From NCBI GenBank assembly GCA_964447335.1, contig CAYUSA010000010.1:1730-65729 (forward strand): a DNA stretch of 64,000 nucleotides, read 5' to 3'. The stretch's first letter is position 1; each line of letters opens with the position of its first letter. Shown here one piece after another: positions 29,068 through 38,219 of the stretch. A model generated the notes under the pieces. That model searched no databases, was not told the origin of the DNA, and saw only the letters and a list, made by a program, of their open reading frames with translations. Source of the DNA: an uncultured Actinomycetes bacterium. Its GTDB lineage: Bacteria > Actinomycetota > UBA4738 > HRBIN12. The translations under genes were made by a program, and so were the position numbers.

Positions 29068-30161
29068 ACGGCGAACGGCTGCTCGCGCGGATCGAGCGAG
29101 CCTCGCGCCTCGCGGCCGAGGCCGGGCTCACGGGACTGCTGGTCACGCCGGGGCCGGACCTCGCCTACCTGACCGGCTACGCGCCCCTACCGCTCGAGCG
29201 GCTCACGATGCTCATGCTCGCCAAGGGGCGGGACCCGGTGCTCCTGGTCCCGTCGCTCGAGCGCCCGGGAGCCGTCGCGGCGCCCGTCGGCGGCTCGATC
29301 GAGGTGCTCGGGTGGACCGATGGGCAGGACGCGTACGAGGTGGCCTCCGGACTGCTGCCGGCAGGGCGGTTCGCGATCGTGGACCGGGCGTGGGCGTCGC
29401 ACGTGCTCGGGCTCCAGCGGGCGGCGGGCCAGGCGTCCCTCACGCCCGCGACCGAGGTGCTGCCGCTCCTTCGCGCGGTGAAGGATCCCGGCGAGCTCGA
29501 GGCGCTCCGCGCGGTCGGGGCCGCGGCCGACGCCGCGTTCGCCGACATCGTGCGGGTCCGGTTCGAGGGCCGGCACGAGCTCGACATCGCGGCGGACCTC
29601 GCGGACGCCCTCCGCGCCCGCGGGCACGAGACCGTCGACTTCACGATCGTGGGCTCCGGCCCGAACGGCGCGTCACCGCATCACGAGGCGGGGGAGCGGA
29701 TCGTCGAGGCGGGGGACGGCGTCGTGCTCGACTTCGGCGGGCACATGGCCGGCTACTGCTCGGACATCACGCGGACGGTCGTCGTCGGCGAGCCACCCGA
29801 GGACCTGCAGCGCGTGCACGACGTCGTCCGGGCAGCCCAGCAGGCGGCCTTCGAGGCCGTCCGCCCGGGGGTCGCGCCCGAAGCCGTCGATCTCGCCGCG
29901 CGCGAGGTGATCCACGAGGCGGGCTTCGGCGAGCGCTTCATCCACCGTACGGGCCACGGCATCGGCCTCGAGGTCCACGAGCCGCCCTACATCGTCGCCG
30001 GGAACCGCACGCCGCTCGAGGCTGGGATGACGTTCTCGATCGAGCCCGGCGTCTACCTGCCCGACCGCTTCGGCGTCCGGATCGAGGACATCGTGGCCGT
30101 CACGGCCGACGCCGCCGAGCGCTTCAACGAAGCGCCCCGCGAGCTCGCGATCGTCGCGTAG
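29064..30161 (+). CDS. Xaa-Pro aminopeptidase (M24B)
   Basis: GYCSDITRT, HRTGHGIGLEVHE, SIEPGVY, GVRIED. Confidence 0.92.
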   Translation: MNGERLLARIERASRLAAEAGLTGLLVTPGPDLAYLTGYAPLPLERLTMLMLAKGRDPVLLVPSLERPGAVAAPVGGSIEVLGWTDGQDAYEVASGLLPAGRFAIVDRAWASHVLGLQRAAGQASLTPATEVLPLLRAVKDPGELEALRAVGAAADAAFADIVRVRFEGRHELDIAADLADALRARGHETVDFTIVGSGPNGASPHHEAGERIVEAGDGVVLDFGGHMAGYCSDITRTVVVGEPPEDLQRVHDVVRAAQQAAFEAVRPGVAPEAVDLAAREVIHEAGFGERFIHRTGHGIGLEVHEPPYIVAGNRTPLEAGMTFSIEPGVYLPDRFGVRIEDIVAVTADAAERFNEAPRELAIVA

Positions 30162-30179
30162 CTCCGAGTGGTCGGCGGC

Positions 30180-30695
30180 TCAGGCCGTGGCCGGAGAGAG
30201 CGTGACCCAGAAGTCGAAGTCGCCCTCGAAGCCGACGGCGACGCCACCGGCGCCGGCGCCCATGTAGATGCCGCCCGTCCAGCCGTTGCCGCTCATCGAG
30301 ATGACGCTGTAGGCGCCGGACGCGTCGTTGAAGTCGACCTGTGAGTCGATCGTGTAGCCGGCCGCGGGGAGCGCGGTCGTGAAGAAGGCCTTCACGTCAT
30401 CGGCGCTCTGGTCCGTCGCGAACCACACCGACACGCCCCCACCTGCCCCGATCGAGTAGGCCGGGCTCGCGCCGTCGGGGATCGGGAACTCGCTCGGCCA
30501 ACCCTCCGGGTAGTCGCCGGTGCCGATGTTCACGTTGCCGCTCGGGCCCTCGACCGTGATGCCACCGTCGTCGCCGACGTTGACGTTGCCGTTCGGCGTT
30601 TCGATCGTGGCATCGTCGCCGCCGCACGCGGTCGCGACGAACGCGAGGCCGAGCGCGAGCGCGAGGACCAGCAACGGAAGCTTGCGATGACGCAT
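30180..30695 (-). CDS. Hypothetical lipoprotein
   Basis: Signal peptide with lipobox ATA-C followed by a Gly/Asn-rich linker. Confidence 0.75.
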   Translation of the reverse strand: MRHRKLPLLVLALALGLAFVATACGGDDATIETPNGNVNVGDDGGITVEGPSGNVNIGTGDYPEGWPSEFPIPDGASPAYSIGAGGGVSVWFATDQSADDVKAFFTTALPAAGYTIDSQVDFNDASGAYSVISMSGNGWTGGIYMGAGAGGVAVGFEGDFDFWVTLSPATA

Positions 30696-30762
30696 CTTCC
30701 CCTCCTTGGCATCGGGTCGTTCCGCGGAGCATAGCCCCCACAGGGTCGCGTGCCGAGCAGGC

Positions 30763-32151
30763 TCAGCCGACCTGCGGCCGGACCTTCGTGCCCTCGGCGC
30801 TGTCCATGACCTCGAGGCCCATGGACTGGAGGCGGTGGCGGATCTCGTCGGCTCTGCCGAAATCCTTGGCGGCGCGCGCGGCATCGCGCTCGGCGACAAG
30901 GCCGAGGACCTCCTCCGTCGGCTCCCAGCGCTCGCGGGCATCGCGCTCCAGGTCGAGACCGAGGACCGCGTCCCAGGACGCGAGGAGGGCGTACCGCTCG
31001 CCCGGCGGCAGGTCGGAGGAGACCGCCTCGTTCAGTACCACCAGCGCGCGCGGCATGTTGAGATCCTCGGCGACGGCCTCGCGGAAGCGTCCGTCGAGCC
31101 CGGCGGCGACAGCCGAGAGCGGCGCCGGCGGCGCCCACTCGGCCATCTTCTGGCGCAGGCGCTTCACCGCGACGTCGGCGTCGTGCATCGCCTCGGCCGA
31201 GAAGTCCATCTCGCTGCGGTAGCGCGTCTGGAAGGTGAGGTATCGGAACGCGAGCGGGTCGAGCCCTATCTCCTCGAGATCGCCGATCCGAACGATGTTG
31301 CCGGTCGACTTCGCCATCTTCTGGCCCGTGAGGCGCAGGTGCCCGCCGTGCACCCAGATCGAGACCACGCCGTGGCCGGTCGCGCCCTCGGACTGGGCGA
31401 TCTCGTCCTCGTGATGGGGGAAGATGAGGTCGACGCCACCCGTGTGGATGTCGAAGCGCTCGCCGAGGTACTTCATCGACATCGCCGAGCACTCCACGTG
31501 CCAGCCCGGGAAGCCCTTGCCCCACGGGCTGTCCCACTTCATCAGCCGGCTGCCTCCGGCACGCTTCCACAGCGCGAAGTCCGCGTGGAAGCGCTTGCTC
31601 GGGTCGACCTCGACCTCCTGACGGTGCCCCGCGCGCAGTTGGGCCAGCGTGTTGCCCGAGAGCTTGCCGTAGCCGGGGAAGGATTGGACGTCGTAGTAGA
31701 TCGTGCCGCCGACGTCGTACGCGTGCCCGTTCTCGACGAGCCGCTGCGTGACCTCGAGCATCTCGGGAACGTGCTCGGTCGCCTTGGGGTAGACGTGCGC
31801 GCGCTGCAACCCAACCTTGTCCGTGTCCTGCAGGAAGGCCTGCGTGTATTTCTCGGCGATCTCGAGCGGGGACAGGCCCTCGTCCGCGACGGCGATGTCC
31901 ATCCGGTCGCGGCCGCTGTCCGAGGAGTCGTCCGTCATGTGCCCGACATCGGTGATGTTGAGGACCTGCGTGACGTCGTAGCCCTCGAGCTCGAGCCCTC
32001 GACGCACGAGGTCGGCGAGCAGGAACGTCCGCAGGTTGCCGATGTGCGCGTACCGGTAGACGGTCGGGCCACACGTGTACATGCGCACGTGCCGGTCGTC
32101 CACCGGGACGACCTCGTCGAGCTGACGGGTCAGGGTGTTGTACAGGCGCAC
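30763..32151 (-). CDS. cysS: Cysteine-tRNA ligase
   Basis: YTCGPTVY, HIGN, DFALWK, PGWHVECSAM, HHEDE, KMAKS. Confidence 0.96.
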   Translation of the reverse strand: MRLYNTLTRQLDEVVPVDDRHVRMYTCGPTVYRYAHIGNLRTFLLADLVRRGLELEGYDVTQVLNITDVGHMTDDSSDSGRDRMDIAVADEGLSPLEIAEKYTQAFLQDTDKVGLQRAHVYPKATEHVPEMLEVTQRLVENGHAYDVGGTIYYDVQSFPGYGKLSGNTLAQLRAGHRQEVEVDPSKRFHADFALWKRAGGSRLMKWDSPWGKGFPGWHVECSAMSMKYLGERFDIHTGGVDLIFPHHEDEIAQSEGATGHGVVSIWVHGGHLRLTGQKMAKSTGNIVRIGDLEEIGLDPLAFRYLTFQTRYRSEMDFSAEAMHDADVAVKRLRQKMAEWAPPAPLSAVAAGLDGRFREAVAEDLNMPRALVVLNEAVSSDLPPGERYALLASWDAVLGLDLERDARERWEPTEEVLGLVAERDAARAAKDFGRADEIRHRLQSMGLEVMDSAEGTKVRPQVG

Positions 32152-32194
32152 GGCTCGGTCAGTCTAACCGGGAGCCCCTCGCGACCCTTCCCCG

Positions 32195-32638
32195 CTACGG
32201 CCTGAGCGGGCGGCGCTCGAACGGGATCGAGAGCACCACCGTGGTACGGGTCTGGACGCCGGCCTTCTCCCGCAGGCGCCGGATGAGGTCCTCGAGGCGC
32301 TCGGGCGTGCCGGTGCGCACCTTCAGGATGTAGCTCGCCTCGCCGGCCACACTGAAGCAGTCCTCGACCTCGGGGAACTCCTCGACGCGCTCGGGCAGAT
32401 CGTCGGGCTGGGTCGGGTCGAGCGGCGTCACGGCGATGAGCGCGGTCACGGTGAGGCCGAGGGCGTGAGGGTCGACCTCGGCGCGGTAGGCGCGGATCAC
32501 CTGGGCCTGCTCGAGCTTGCGGACCCGCTCGTGGACCGAGGAGGCCGACAACCCCGCGCGCCGCCCGATGTCCGCGTACGTCGCGCGCGCGTCCTCCTGG
32601 AGCGCCGCGATGATCGCGAGGTCCCGGTCGTCCAGCAC
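32195..32638 (-). CDS. Lrp/AsnC-family transcriptional regulator
   Basis: LDDRDLAIIAALQEDAR HTH plus RAM domain. Confidence 0.93.
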   Translation of the reverse strand: MLDDRDLAIIAALQEDARATYADIGRRAGLSASSVHERVRKLEQAQVIRAYRAEVDPHALGLTVTALIAVTPLDPTQPDDLPERVEEFPEVEDCFSVAGEASYILKVRTGTPERLEDLIRRLREKAGVQTRTTVVLSIPFERRPLRP

Positions 32639-32791
32639 CCCCGAATCCTACCCCCCGGTCCCTCGCGTGGGATCGTTGGCGGCCGAGCGCAGAACCGCCC
32701 GACCGGCCGATTGCCCTCGCGCAGCAGGAGATGCGAGGATCGGTGCTCGATCGTCGCGGCCCACCCTCTCCCGGGCCGGGGGAGGGGAGCG

Positions 32792-33517
32792 ATGCTCGAT
32801 CCATCCGCGTCCGGCGTCCGTATCGTCGCGGGCCGCAAAGCGGGCGGCGTCCGGTGGATGGTCCGCCTCGATCCGTGTTCGGCCGAGGCGTACGCCGCGT
32901 GCGTCGCTCCGCTCGTGCCACGCATCGAGGCCGCGCTCTCGCCGGCGGTCGTGGCGAATCGCGTCGCCGCGGTGAGCTTCGATCCTCCCGAGATCACCCT
33001 CGAGGCGTGGCGCGGGGCTCGGGAGCGGTTCCGGCGCACGGTTCGGAACCTCGCCACCCGCGCCGGGGCCGCCGTGATGGCCGACATCCGCGACTGCTAC
33101 GGCGCCATCGGACCCCAGGCCGTGCGCTCGACGCTCGAGCGGCTCGGGTGCCCGACCCGAGAGGTGGTCGCGCTCCTGGGGACGCTGGGATCGTTCGCCG
33201 CGGCCGGCGTGCGTGGCCTGCCCGTCGGTCCGGAGCCGTCCGCGGTGCTCGCGAACGCCGTGCTGGCCCTCGTGGACGAGCGCATCGCGGCCGCCGGATG
33301 GCCACACGTGCGCTGGGTGGACGACGTGGTCGTGTTCGTGGCCGACGCGAGCGATGCGCCGAGCGCCCTCGCGACCGTCGATGAGGCCGCGAGAGAGCTC
33401 GGCCTCGATCTCGCGGCGCAGAAGACCCGGGTGCTGATCGACCCGGCCGTGATCCGCGGCGCTGGCGTGGACCGGCTCTCCGGACCGTGGCCGCGGGACG
33501 GTGGCGCGAGCGGGTAA
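32792..33517 (+). CDS. Stand-alone minimal reverse transcriptase (RNA-directed DNA polymerase domain)
   Basis: RKAGGVR (motif 1), ADIRDCY (D98), GLPVGPEPS..LAN, WVDD (175-178), GLDL..QKT; GGAGGG RBS. Confidence 0.85.
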   Translation: MLDPSASGVRIVAGRKAGGVRWMVRLDPCSAEAYAACVAPLVPRIEAALSPAVVANRVAAVSFDPPEITLEAWRGARERFRRTVRNLATRAGAAVMADIRDCYGAIGPQAVRSTLERLGCPTREVVALLGTLGSFAAAGVRGLPVGPEPSAVLANAVLALVDERIAAAGWPHVRWVDDVVVFVADASDAPSALATVDEAARELGLDLAAQKTRVLIDPAVIRGAGVDRLSGPWPRDGGASG

Positions 33518-33527
33518 TCTCCGCTCG

Positions 33528-35039
33528 ATGCGCACGCTCTACCGGGCCTCCCGCGTCCACACGCTGTCGTACCCGGCCTCCGGCGAGTGGATCCTCGTCG
33601 ACGGTCGCCACGTCCAGCGCGTCGGCACCGGCGATCCGCCCGAGGCCGACCGCGTCGTCGAGCTCCCCGGCACGACCATCCTCCCCGGCTTCGTCGACAC
33701 CCACGTGCACCTCACGGGAACCGGGGTGCACGAACAGGCGCCCGACCTCGGCGCCGCGCGCTCGGCCGAGGAGCTGCTCGCGGCCGTCCGGCGTGTCGTG
33801 GCGTCCCGCGAAGGCCCGACGCTGGTCCACGGCTACGACGAGTCCACGTGGGACGTCCGCGAGGTGCCGACGGCGGCGGACCTGGATGCGCTCAGCGCTC
33901 AGCCCCTGGCCGTCGTACGTGTCGACGGGCACGCGCTGCTCGCGAACTCGGCGGCGATCACCTCGGCCGACGTGGTCGAGCTCCGGGGCGTCGAGCGCGA
34001 CGCCGAGGGCCACCCGACCGGGTGCCTACGGACCGACGCGAACGCCGCTGTGCAGCGGTGGTTCGCGGCGAACCTCGCCGAGCGCGACGTCGAGGACCTC
34101 CAGCTCCAGGCGGCCGGCCTCGCGGCCGCGCACGGGGTCACGACCATCCACGAGATGTCGATGGTGCACGAGCGCGGGATGCGCGACCTCGAGATCCTGC
34201 TCGGCCACCGGGAGCAGCTGCCCGTCGACGTCGTCACCTACCTCGCGACGACGGACATCGCGCGGGCGCTGGATCTCGGGATGACGGGGATCGGCGGCGA
34301 CCTGCCCGTGGACGGGTCGATCGGCGCTCGGACCGCGTGGCTCTCCGAGCCGTACGCGGACGTCGGCGGCGCCGGCTCGAGCGCGCTCGACGACGAGACC
34401 CTCGAGCGCTTCTTCCGCGACGGCCATGTCGCCGGGCTGCAGGTCGGCGTGCACGCGATCGGAGACGCAGCGATCGAGCAGGTCGTCGCCACCTGGGAGC
34501 GCGTCTACCAGTCGCTGGACTCGCGGGCGCGCCGGCACTTCCGGGCGCGGCGCCACCGCGTCGAGCACTTCGAGATGGCGAGCGCGAACGTGCTCGAGCG
34601 CGCGGCGATGCTCGGGCTCGGGGTCTCGGTGCAGGCAAGCTTCGACGCCGCGTGGGGACATCCGGGCGGCCTCTACGAGCAGGGTCTCGGCTGGGAGCGG
34701 GCCGCACCGATGAACCCGTTCCGCGCGATGCTGGAGCGCGGGCTCGAGATCGGGGCCGGCTCCGATTCGCCGATCACGACCATCGACCCGCTCGCCGGCA
34801 TCCGAGCCTTCGAGACCCATCACGAGCCCTCCCAGCGCCTCACGCGGGTGGAGGCCGTCCGGATCGCCACGCTCGGGAGCGCGCGGCTCGCGCACCAGGA
34901 GGACAAGAAGGGGAGCCTCGAGCCCGGCAAGCACGCCGACTTCGCGGCCTACGACGTCGATCCCCTCGAGGTGGGATCGCTCGAAGGGGTTCGACCGATG
35001 CTCACGGTGTCGCTCGGCCGAGACGTCTACGCGAGTTGA
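33528..35039 (+). CDS. Amidohydrolase 3 family protein
   Basis: PGFVDTHVH, RVDGH, VGVHAIGD, RVEH, GSDSP, GSLEPGKHADF; typical neighbour of lnt. Confidence 0.88.
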   Translation: MRTLYRASRVHTLSYPASGEWILVDGRHVQRVGTGDPPEADRVVELPGTTILPGFVDTHVHLTGTGVHEQAPDLGAARSAEELLAAVRRVVASREGPTLVHGYDESTWDVREVPTAADLDALSAQPLAVVRVDGHALLANSAAITSADVVELRGVERDAEGHPTGCLRTDANAAVQRWFAANLAERDVEDLQLQAAGLAAAHGVTTIHEMSMVHERGMRDLEILLGHREQLPVDVVTYLATTDIARALDLGMTGIGGDLPVDGSIGARTAWLSEPYADVGGAGSSALDDETLERFFRDGHVAGLQVGVHAIGDAAIEQVVATWERVYQSLDSRARRHFRARRHRVEHFEMASANVLERAAMLGLGVSVQASFDAAWGHPGGLYEQGLGWERAAPMNPFRAMLERGLEIGAGSDSPITTIDPLAGIRAFETHHEPSQRLTRVEAVRIATLGSARLAHQEDKKGSLEPGKHADFAAYDVDPLEVGSLEGVRPMLTVSLGRDVYAS

Positions 35040-35059
35040 AGGCGGCGCAACCTGCTCGT

Positions 35060-35088
35060 TTGACACTGCCTCGGCGCGGGACTAGCGT
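35060..35088 (+). promoter_or_regulatory. Sigma-A-type promoter TTGACA-N17-TAGCGT
   Basis: Consensus -35 at 35060-35065 with a 17-nt spacer to -10 at 35083-35088. Confidence 0.7.
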
Positions 35089-35090
35089 TC

Positions 35091-35253
35091 CGGCTGCGCG
35101 ACCGCTTCGGTGGGAGCGCACGCAGGACCCAAGAGGCTGAGTAGAGAACGCAGCGCCCCGGCGCCGCGGCCCCAAAGGTCTCTTGGGTCCTCGTCTTCTC
35201 CCCCCTCATTCTCGCGCCCGAGCTGTCCTTCGCCCTGTGCGCCTCCGCAGCCG
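35091..35253 (+). ncRNA. Candidate structured small RNA (~160 nt)
   Basis: Terminal stem cggctgcg/cgcagccg, perfect 12-bp stem 35124-35135/35180-35191, cUUCGg hairpin; begins just after the promoter. Confidence 0.55.
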
Positions 35254-35304
35254 TCTCCATCCAGGCACGAACGCCCAGGTCACAGGCCTATCGCCCCGAA
35301 GTGG

Positions 35305-35332
35305 TTGCAGCGTCAGGCACCGGCAGTACAAT
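35305..35332 (+). promoter_or_regulatory. Probable promoter TTGCAG-N16-TACAAT for the DUF4193 gene
   Basis: Sequence match 27 nt upstream of the GTG at 35360. Confidence 0.5.
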
Positions 35333-35359
35333 GCGCCGGCCGAACCGAGGGGAAGCGCC

Positions 35360-35704
35360 GTGGAAGACATCGAAGAGACTCTCGAAACCGAAGAGCTCGA
35401 GGAGGAGGGCGAGGAGCCCGCGGCCATCGACGGCGACGCGCCTCGACCGCCGGCCGCACCGGCCGGGGAGGAGGTCGAGTCTATCCAGGACATGCTCGTC
35501 AAGCAGGAGGCCCGCGCCGAGGAGGAAGAGGAGACCGAGGACTCGGTCCTCAGTCTCACGCGGGACGAGCTCCGCGACGAGTCGCTGGCCGTGAAGGTCG
35601 TGCCGCCGCAGCCGAACGAGTTCACATGCCGCAACTGCTACCTGGTGAAGCATCGGAGCCAGCTGAAGGACAAGGCGAAGATGCTCTGCCGGGACTGCGC
35701 CTGA
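35360..35704 (+). CDS. DUF4193-family acidic protein with C-terminal Cys cluster
   Basis: VKVVPPQPNEFTCRNCYLVKHRSQL..CRDCA. Confidence 0.85.
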   Translation: MEDIEETLETEELEEEGEEPAAIDGDAPRPPAAPAGEEVESIQDMLVKQEARAEEEEETEDSVLSLTRDELRDESLAVKVVPPQPNEFTCRNCYLVKHRSQLKDKAKMLCRDCA

Positions 35705-37929
35705 GCCCGGACCGACTCCGACTCGCCTCCGCGCTGCTCGTCGCCGCCCTGAGCGGCGCCGTCTGTTCACTCTCGCTCCCGCCCGCGGACCTCGGGTGGG
35801 TCGCGTTCTTCGCCCCGATTCCCTTCCTGTGGGTCGTGCGGACGGCCCGGCCGCGACGAGGGTTGCTCCTCGGACTCGCGTTCGGCGGCGCCTACTTCGG
35901 GATCGTCCTGTACTGGATCCTGCTGTTCGGGGAGCTCGGCTGGGCCGCTCTCGTGCTGCTGTCCGCGGCGTCCACCGGCCTGTTCGGCTTCCTCGCGCCG
36001 GCCCTGTGGCGCGCCGCCCATCCGCTGCGGTCGACGCTCGGACTCGCTGCCCTGTGGACCGTCCTCGGGTTCGTGCGGGGATCCTGGCCCCTCGGGGGGT
36101 TCGGGTGGGGGGAGCTCGGCACCACGCAGGCCGGGAACCCGTTCCTGCTGCCGCTCGCGTCGGTCGGCGGCGTGTGGGCGATCACCTTCGTGGTGATCGC
36201 CGTCTCGGGGTTGCTCCTCGTCGCGCTCGAGCGGGGGAGGGGAGTGGGTCCTTCGGCCGCGCTCGCGCCGGCGGTGCTCGCCGTGGCACTCGCCTTCGCG
36301 CCGGTGGCGATCCCGCTGGCCGCGGCCACCGGACCCGCGATCGACGTCGCCGCGATCCAGGTGGACGTCCGCGAAGCGCGCGGCCTTCCTCGCGACGCCG
36401 AGGACATCGCGGTCGCGAGGATGAACATCGATCTGCATGCCGGCCTCGCCGCGGATCCACCGGATCTCGCCGTATGGGGAGAGGGTTCGCTCGACCCCGC
36501 CGCGAGCTCGGATCCCACGACCCTCGAGGCCGTCAGCGGCGTCATCCGGACCGTCGGCGCACCGACCCTCGCGGGTGCGGTTCTCGACGATCCCGACGGC
36601 AGCCAGCACACGAGCGTGCTGCTGTTCGACGGCCGCGGCGATCTCGTCGACCGCTACGACAAGGTGAAGCTCGTGCCCTTCGGCGAGTACGTGCCGTTCC
36701 GCAGACGCCTCGAGTGGATCCAGGCCATCGACCAGATCCCCGTGGACCGCGTGCCGGGGGAGACCGCGCACACCGTTGCCGTACAAGGCATCCCCGCCTT
36801 CGGCACGCCGATCTGCTACGAGAACAGCTTCCCGGCGATCGAGCGTGAGATGGTCCGTCGTGGTGCCCAGTTCTTCGTCCTCACCACGAACAACGCGTCG
36901 TACGGGACCACCGCGGCGTCCCGCCAGCATCTGCTCATGAGCCGGGTTCGGGCCGTCGAGACGGGACGCTGGATCGTGCATGCCGCGGTCTCCGGGATCA
37001 GCGCGGTCATCGACCCGCGCGGGCGCGTGGTGGCCGAGAGCGGCCTGTTCGAGACCACCGTGACGCGGCACGAGATCCGCGCGTCGACGGTCCGGACGCT
37101 GTACGTGCGGCTGGGGGACTGGGTCGTGTGGCTGTCGCTCGCGCTCTGCGTGGGGCTCCTGCTGCTGCCGCGCGGCCGGGGTCGCCCGGTCCGGGCTGAG
37201 GAGCTGCCACCCGCGGCCCGCACGCTCGTCTTGCTGCCCACCTACAACGAGCGCGCCACGATCGGGACCGTGCTGGACGGCCTGCTCGGGCTGGCAGAGC
37301 CGGTCGACCTCCTCGTCATCGACGACGGGTCGCCCGACGGCACCGCCGGGGCCGTCCGCGAGCGCGCCGAGGTCGATCCGCGCGTCCGCCTGCTCCAGCG
37401 GGCCTCCAAGTCCGGCCTCGCGAGCGCCTACCTCGCCGGCTTCCGGACCGCACTGGACGAGGGCTACGAACTGGTGGTCGAGATGGACTCGGACCTGTCC
37501 CACCTGCCCGAGCAGCTCCCGAGGCTCCTCACGACCGCGCGGGAGCACCACATGGTGATCGGGAGCCGGTACGTGCCAGGCGGCGCGGTCGCGAACTGGA
37601 ACGGGGCGCGCCTCCTGCTTTCGCGGGGAGGCAACCTCTACGCGAGACTCTGTCTCGGCTTCCCGCTGCACGACGCGACGAGCGGCTTCCGCGTGTACCG
37701 TCGGGGCCTGCTCGAGCACCTGCTCGAGCGCCCCGTACGCTCGGACGGCTACGGGTTCCAGATCGAGCTCGCGTACCGGGCCTGGCGCGATGGGTACGAC
37801 GTCGCCGAGGCGCCCATCACGTTCCGCGAGCGCGAGCACGGCCACTCGAAGATCTCCCGACGGATCGTGCTCGAGGCGCTGTGGCTCGTGACCGTATGGG
37901 GCGTCAGGGCGCGGTTCCGGCCCTCCTGA
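35701..37929 (+). CDS. lnt: Fused apolipoprotein N-acyltransferase / polyprenol-monophosphomannose synthase
   Basis: Lnt: VWGE, YDKVKLVPFGEY, ICYE; same ORF continues into GT2: PTYNE, DDGSPDGT, EMDSDLSH, DATSGFR. Start approximate (CTG at 35701). Confidence 0.9.
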   Translation: MSPDRLRLASALLVAALSGAVCSLSLPPADLGWVAFFAPIPFLWVVRTARPRRGLLLGLAFGGAYFGIVLYWILLFGELGWAALVLLSAASTGLFGFLAPALWRAAHPLRSTLGLAALWTVLGFVRGSWPLGGFGWGELGTTQAGNPFLLPLASVGGVWAITFVVIAVSGLLLVALERGRGVGPSAALAPAVLAVALAFAPVAIPLAAATGPAIDVAAIQVDVREARGLPRDAEDIAVARMNIDLHAGLAADPPDLAVWGEGSLDPAASSDPTTLEAVSGVIRTVGAPTLAGAVLDDPDGSQHTSVLLFDGRGDLVDRYDKVKLVPFGEYVPFRRRLEWIQAIDQIPVDRVPGETAHTVAVQGIPAFGTPICYENSFPAIEREMVRRGAQFFVLTTNNASYGTTAASRQHLLMSRVRAVETGRWIVHAAVSGISAVIDPRGRVVAESGLFETTVTRHEIRASTVRTLYVRLGDWVVWLSLALCVGLLLLPRGRGRPVRAEELPPAARTLVLLPTYNERATIGTVLDGLLGLAEPVDLLVIDDGSPDGTAGAVRERAEVDPRVRLLQRASKSGLASAYLAGFRTALDEGYELVVEMDSDLSHLPEQLPRLLTTAREHHMVIGSRYVPGGAVANWNGARLLLSRGGNLYARLCLGFPLHDATSGFRVYRRGLLEHLLERPVRSDGYGFQIELAYRAWRDGYDVAEAPITFREREHGHSKISRRIVLEALWLVTVWGVRARFRPS

Positions 37930-38219
37930 TCCCGCCGATCGGGGCTCCGAGATGCACTCGGGCGCACGCGTCAGAGAACGCCCATACCGTGCGTTATGGA
38001 AAGTAGGCCGAGATGGACGATCCAGGCCCCGCCTCCCCCTAGGCACGTGCCTTGTGCCGCAACCCCAGGGGATGTGCGAAAGAGACGCCCTCCCGACACT
38101 CAGCCGTAGGTTCTCGTTCGTTCGAAAGGTCGCACCCGCAGCCTGTTCGGCAGCGGCCTGATGTGGACCGGCTACCGGCGGCGCCGGCAGTACGACCGCT
38201 GATCCTCTGATCGCGCATA

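Noticed and set aside
32792-33517. RT as retron, group II intron, DGR or CRISPR-associated RT
   Set aside because: No NAxxH/VTG motifs or a1/a2 repeats, no maturase/thumb or intron structure, no TR/VR pair or avd gene, and no cas1 or array
35110-35700. N-terminal extension of the 939-aa lnt ORF
   Set aside because: Overlaps the DUF4193 gene and the ncRNA candidate; Lnt-like sequence begins near 35701
38161-38202. Small ORF MWTGYRRRRQYDR as a gene
   Set aside because: 13 codons with no clear SD; noted only within the structured-island finding
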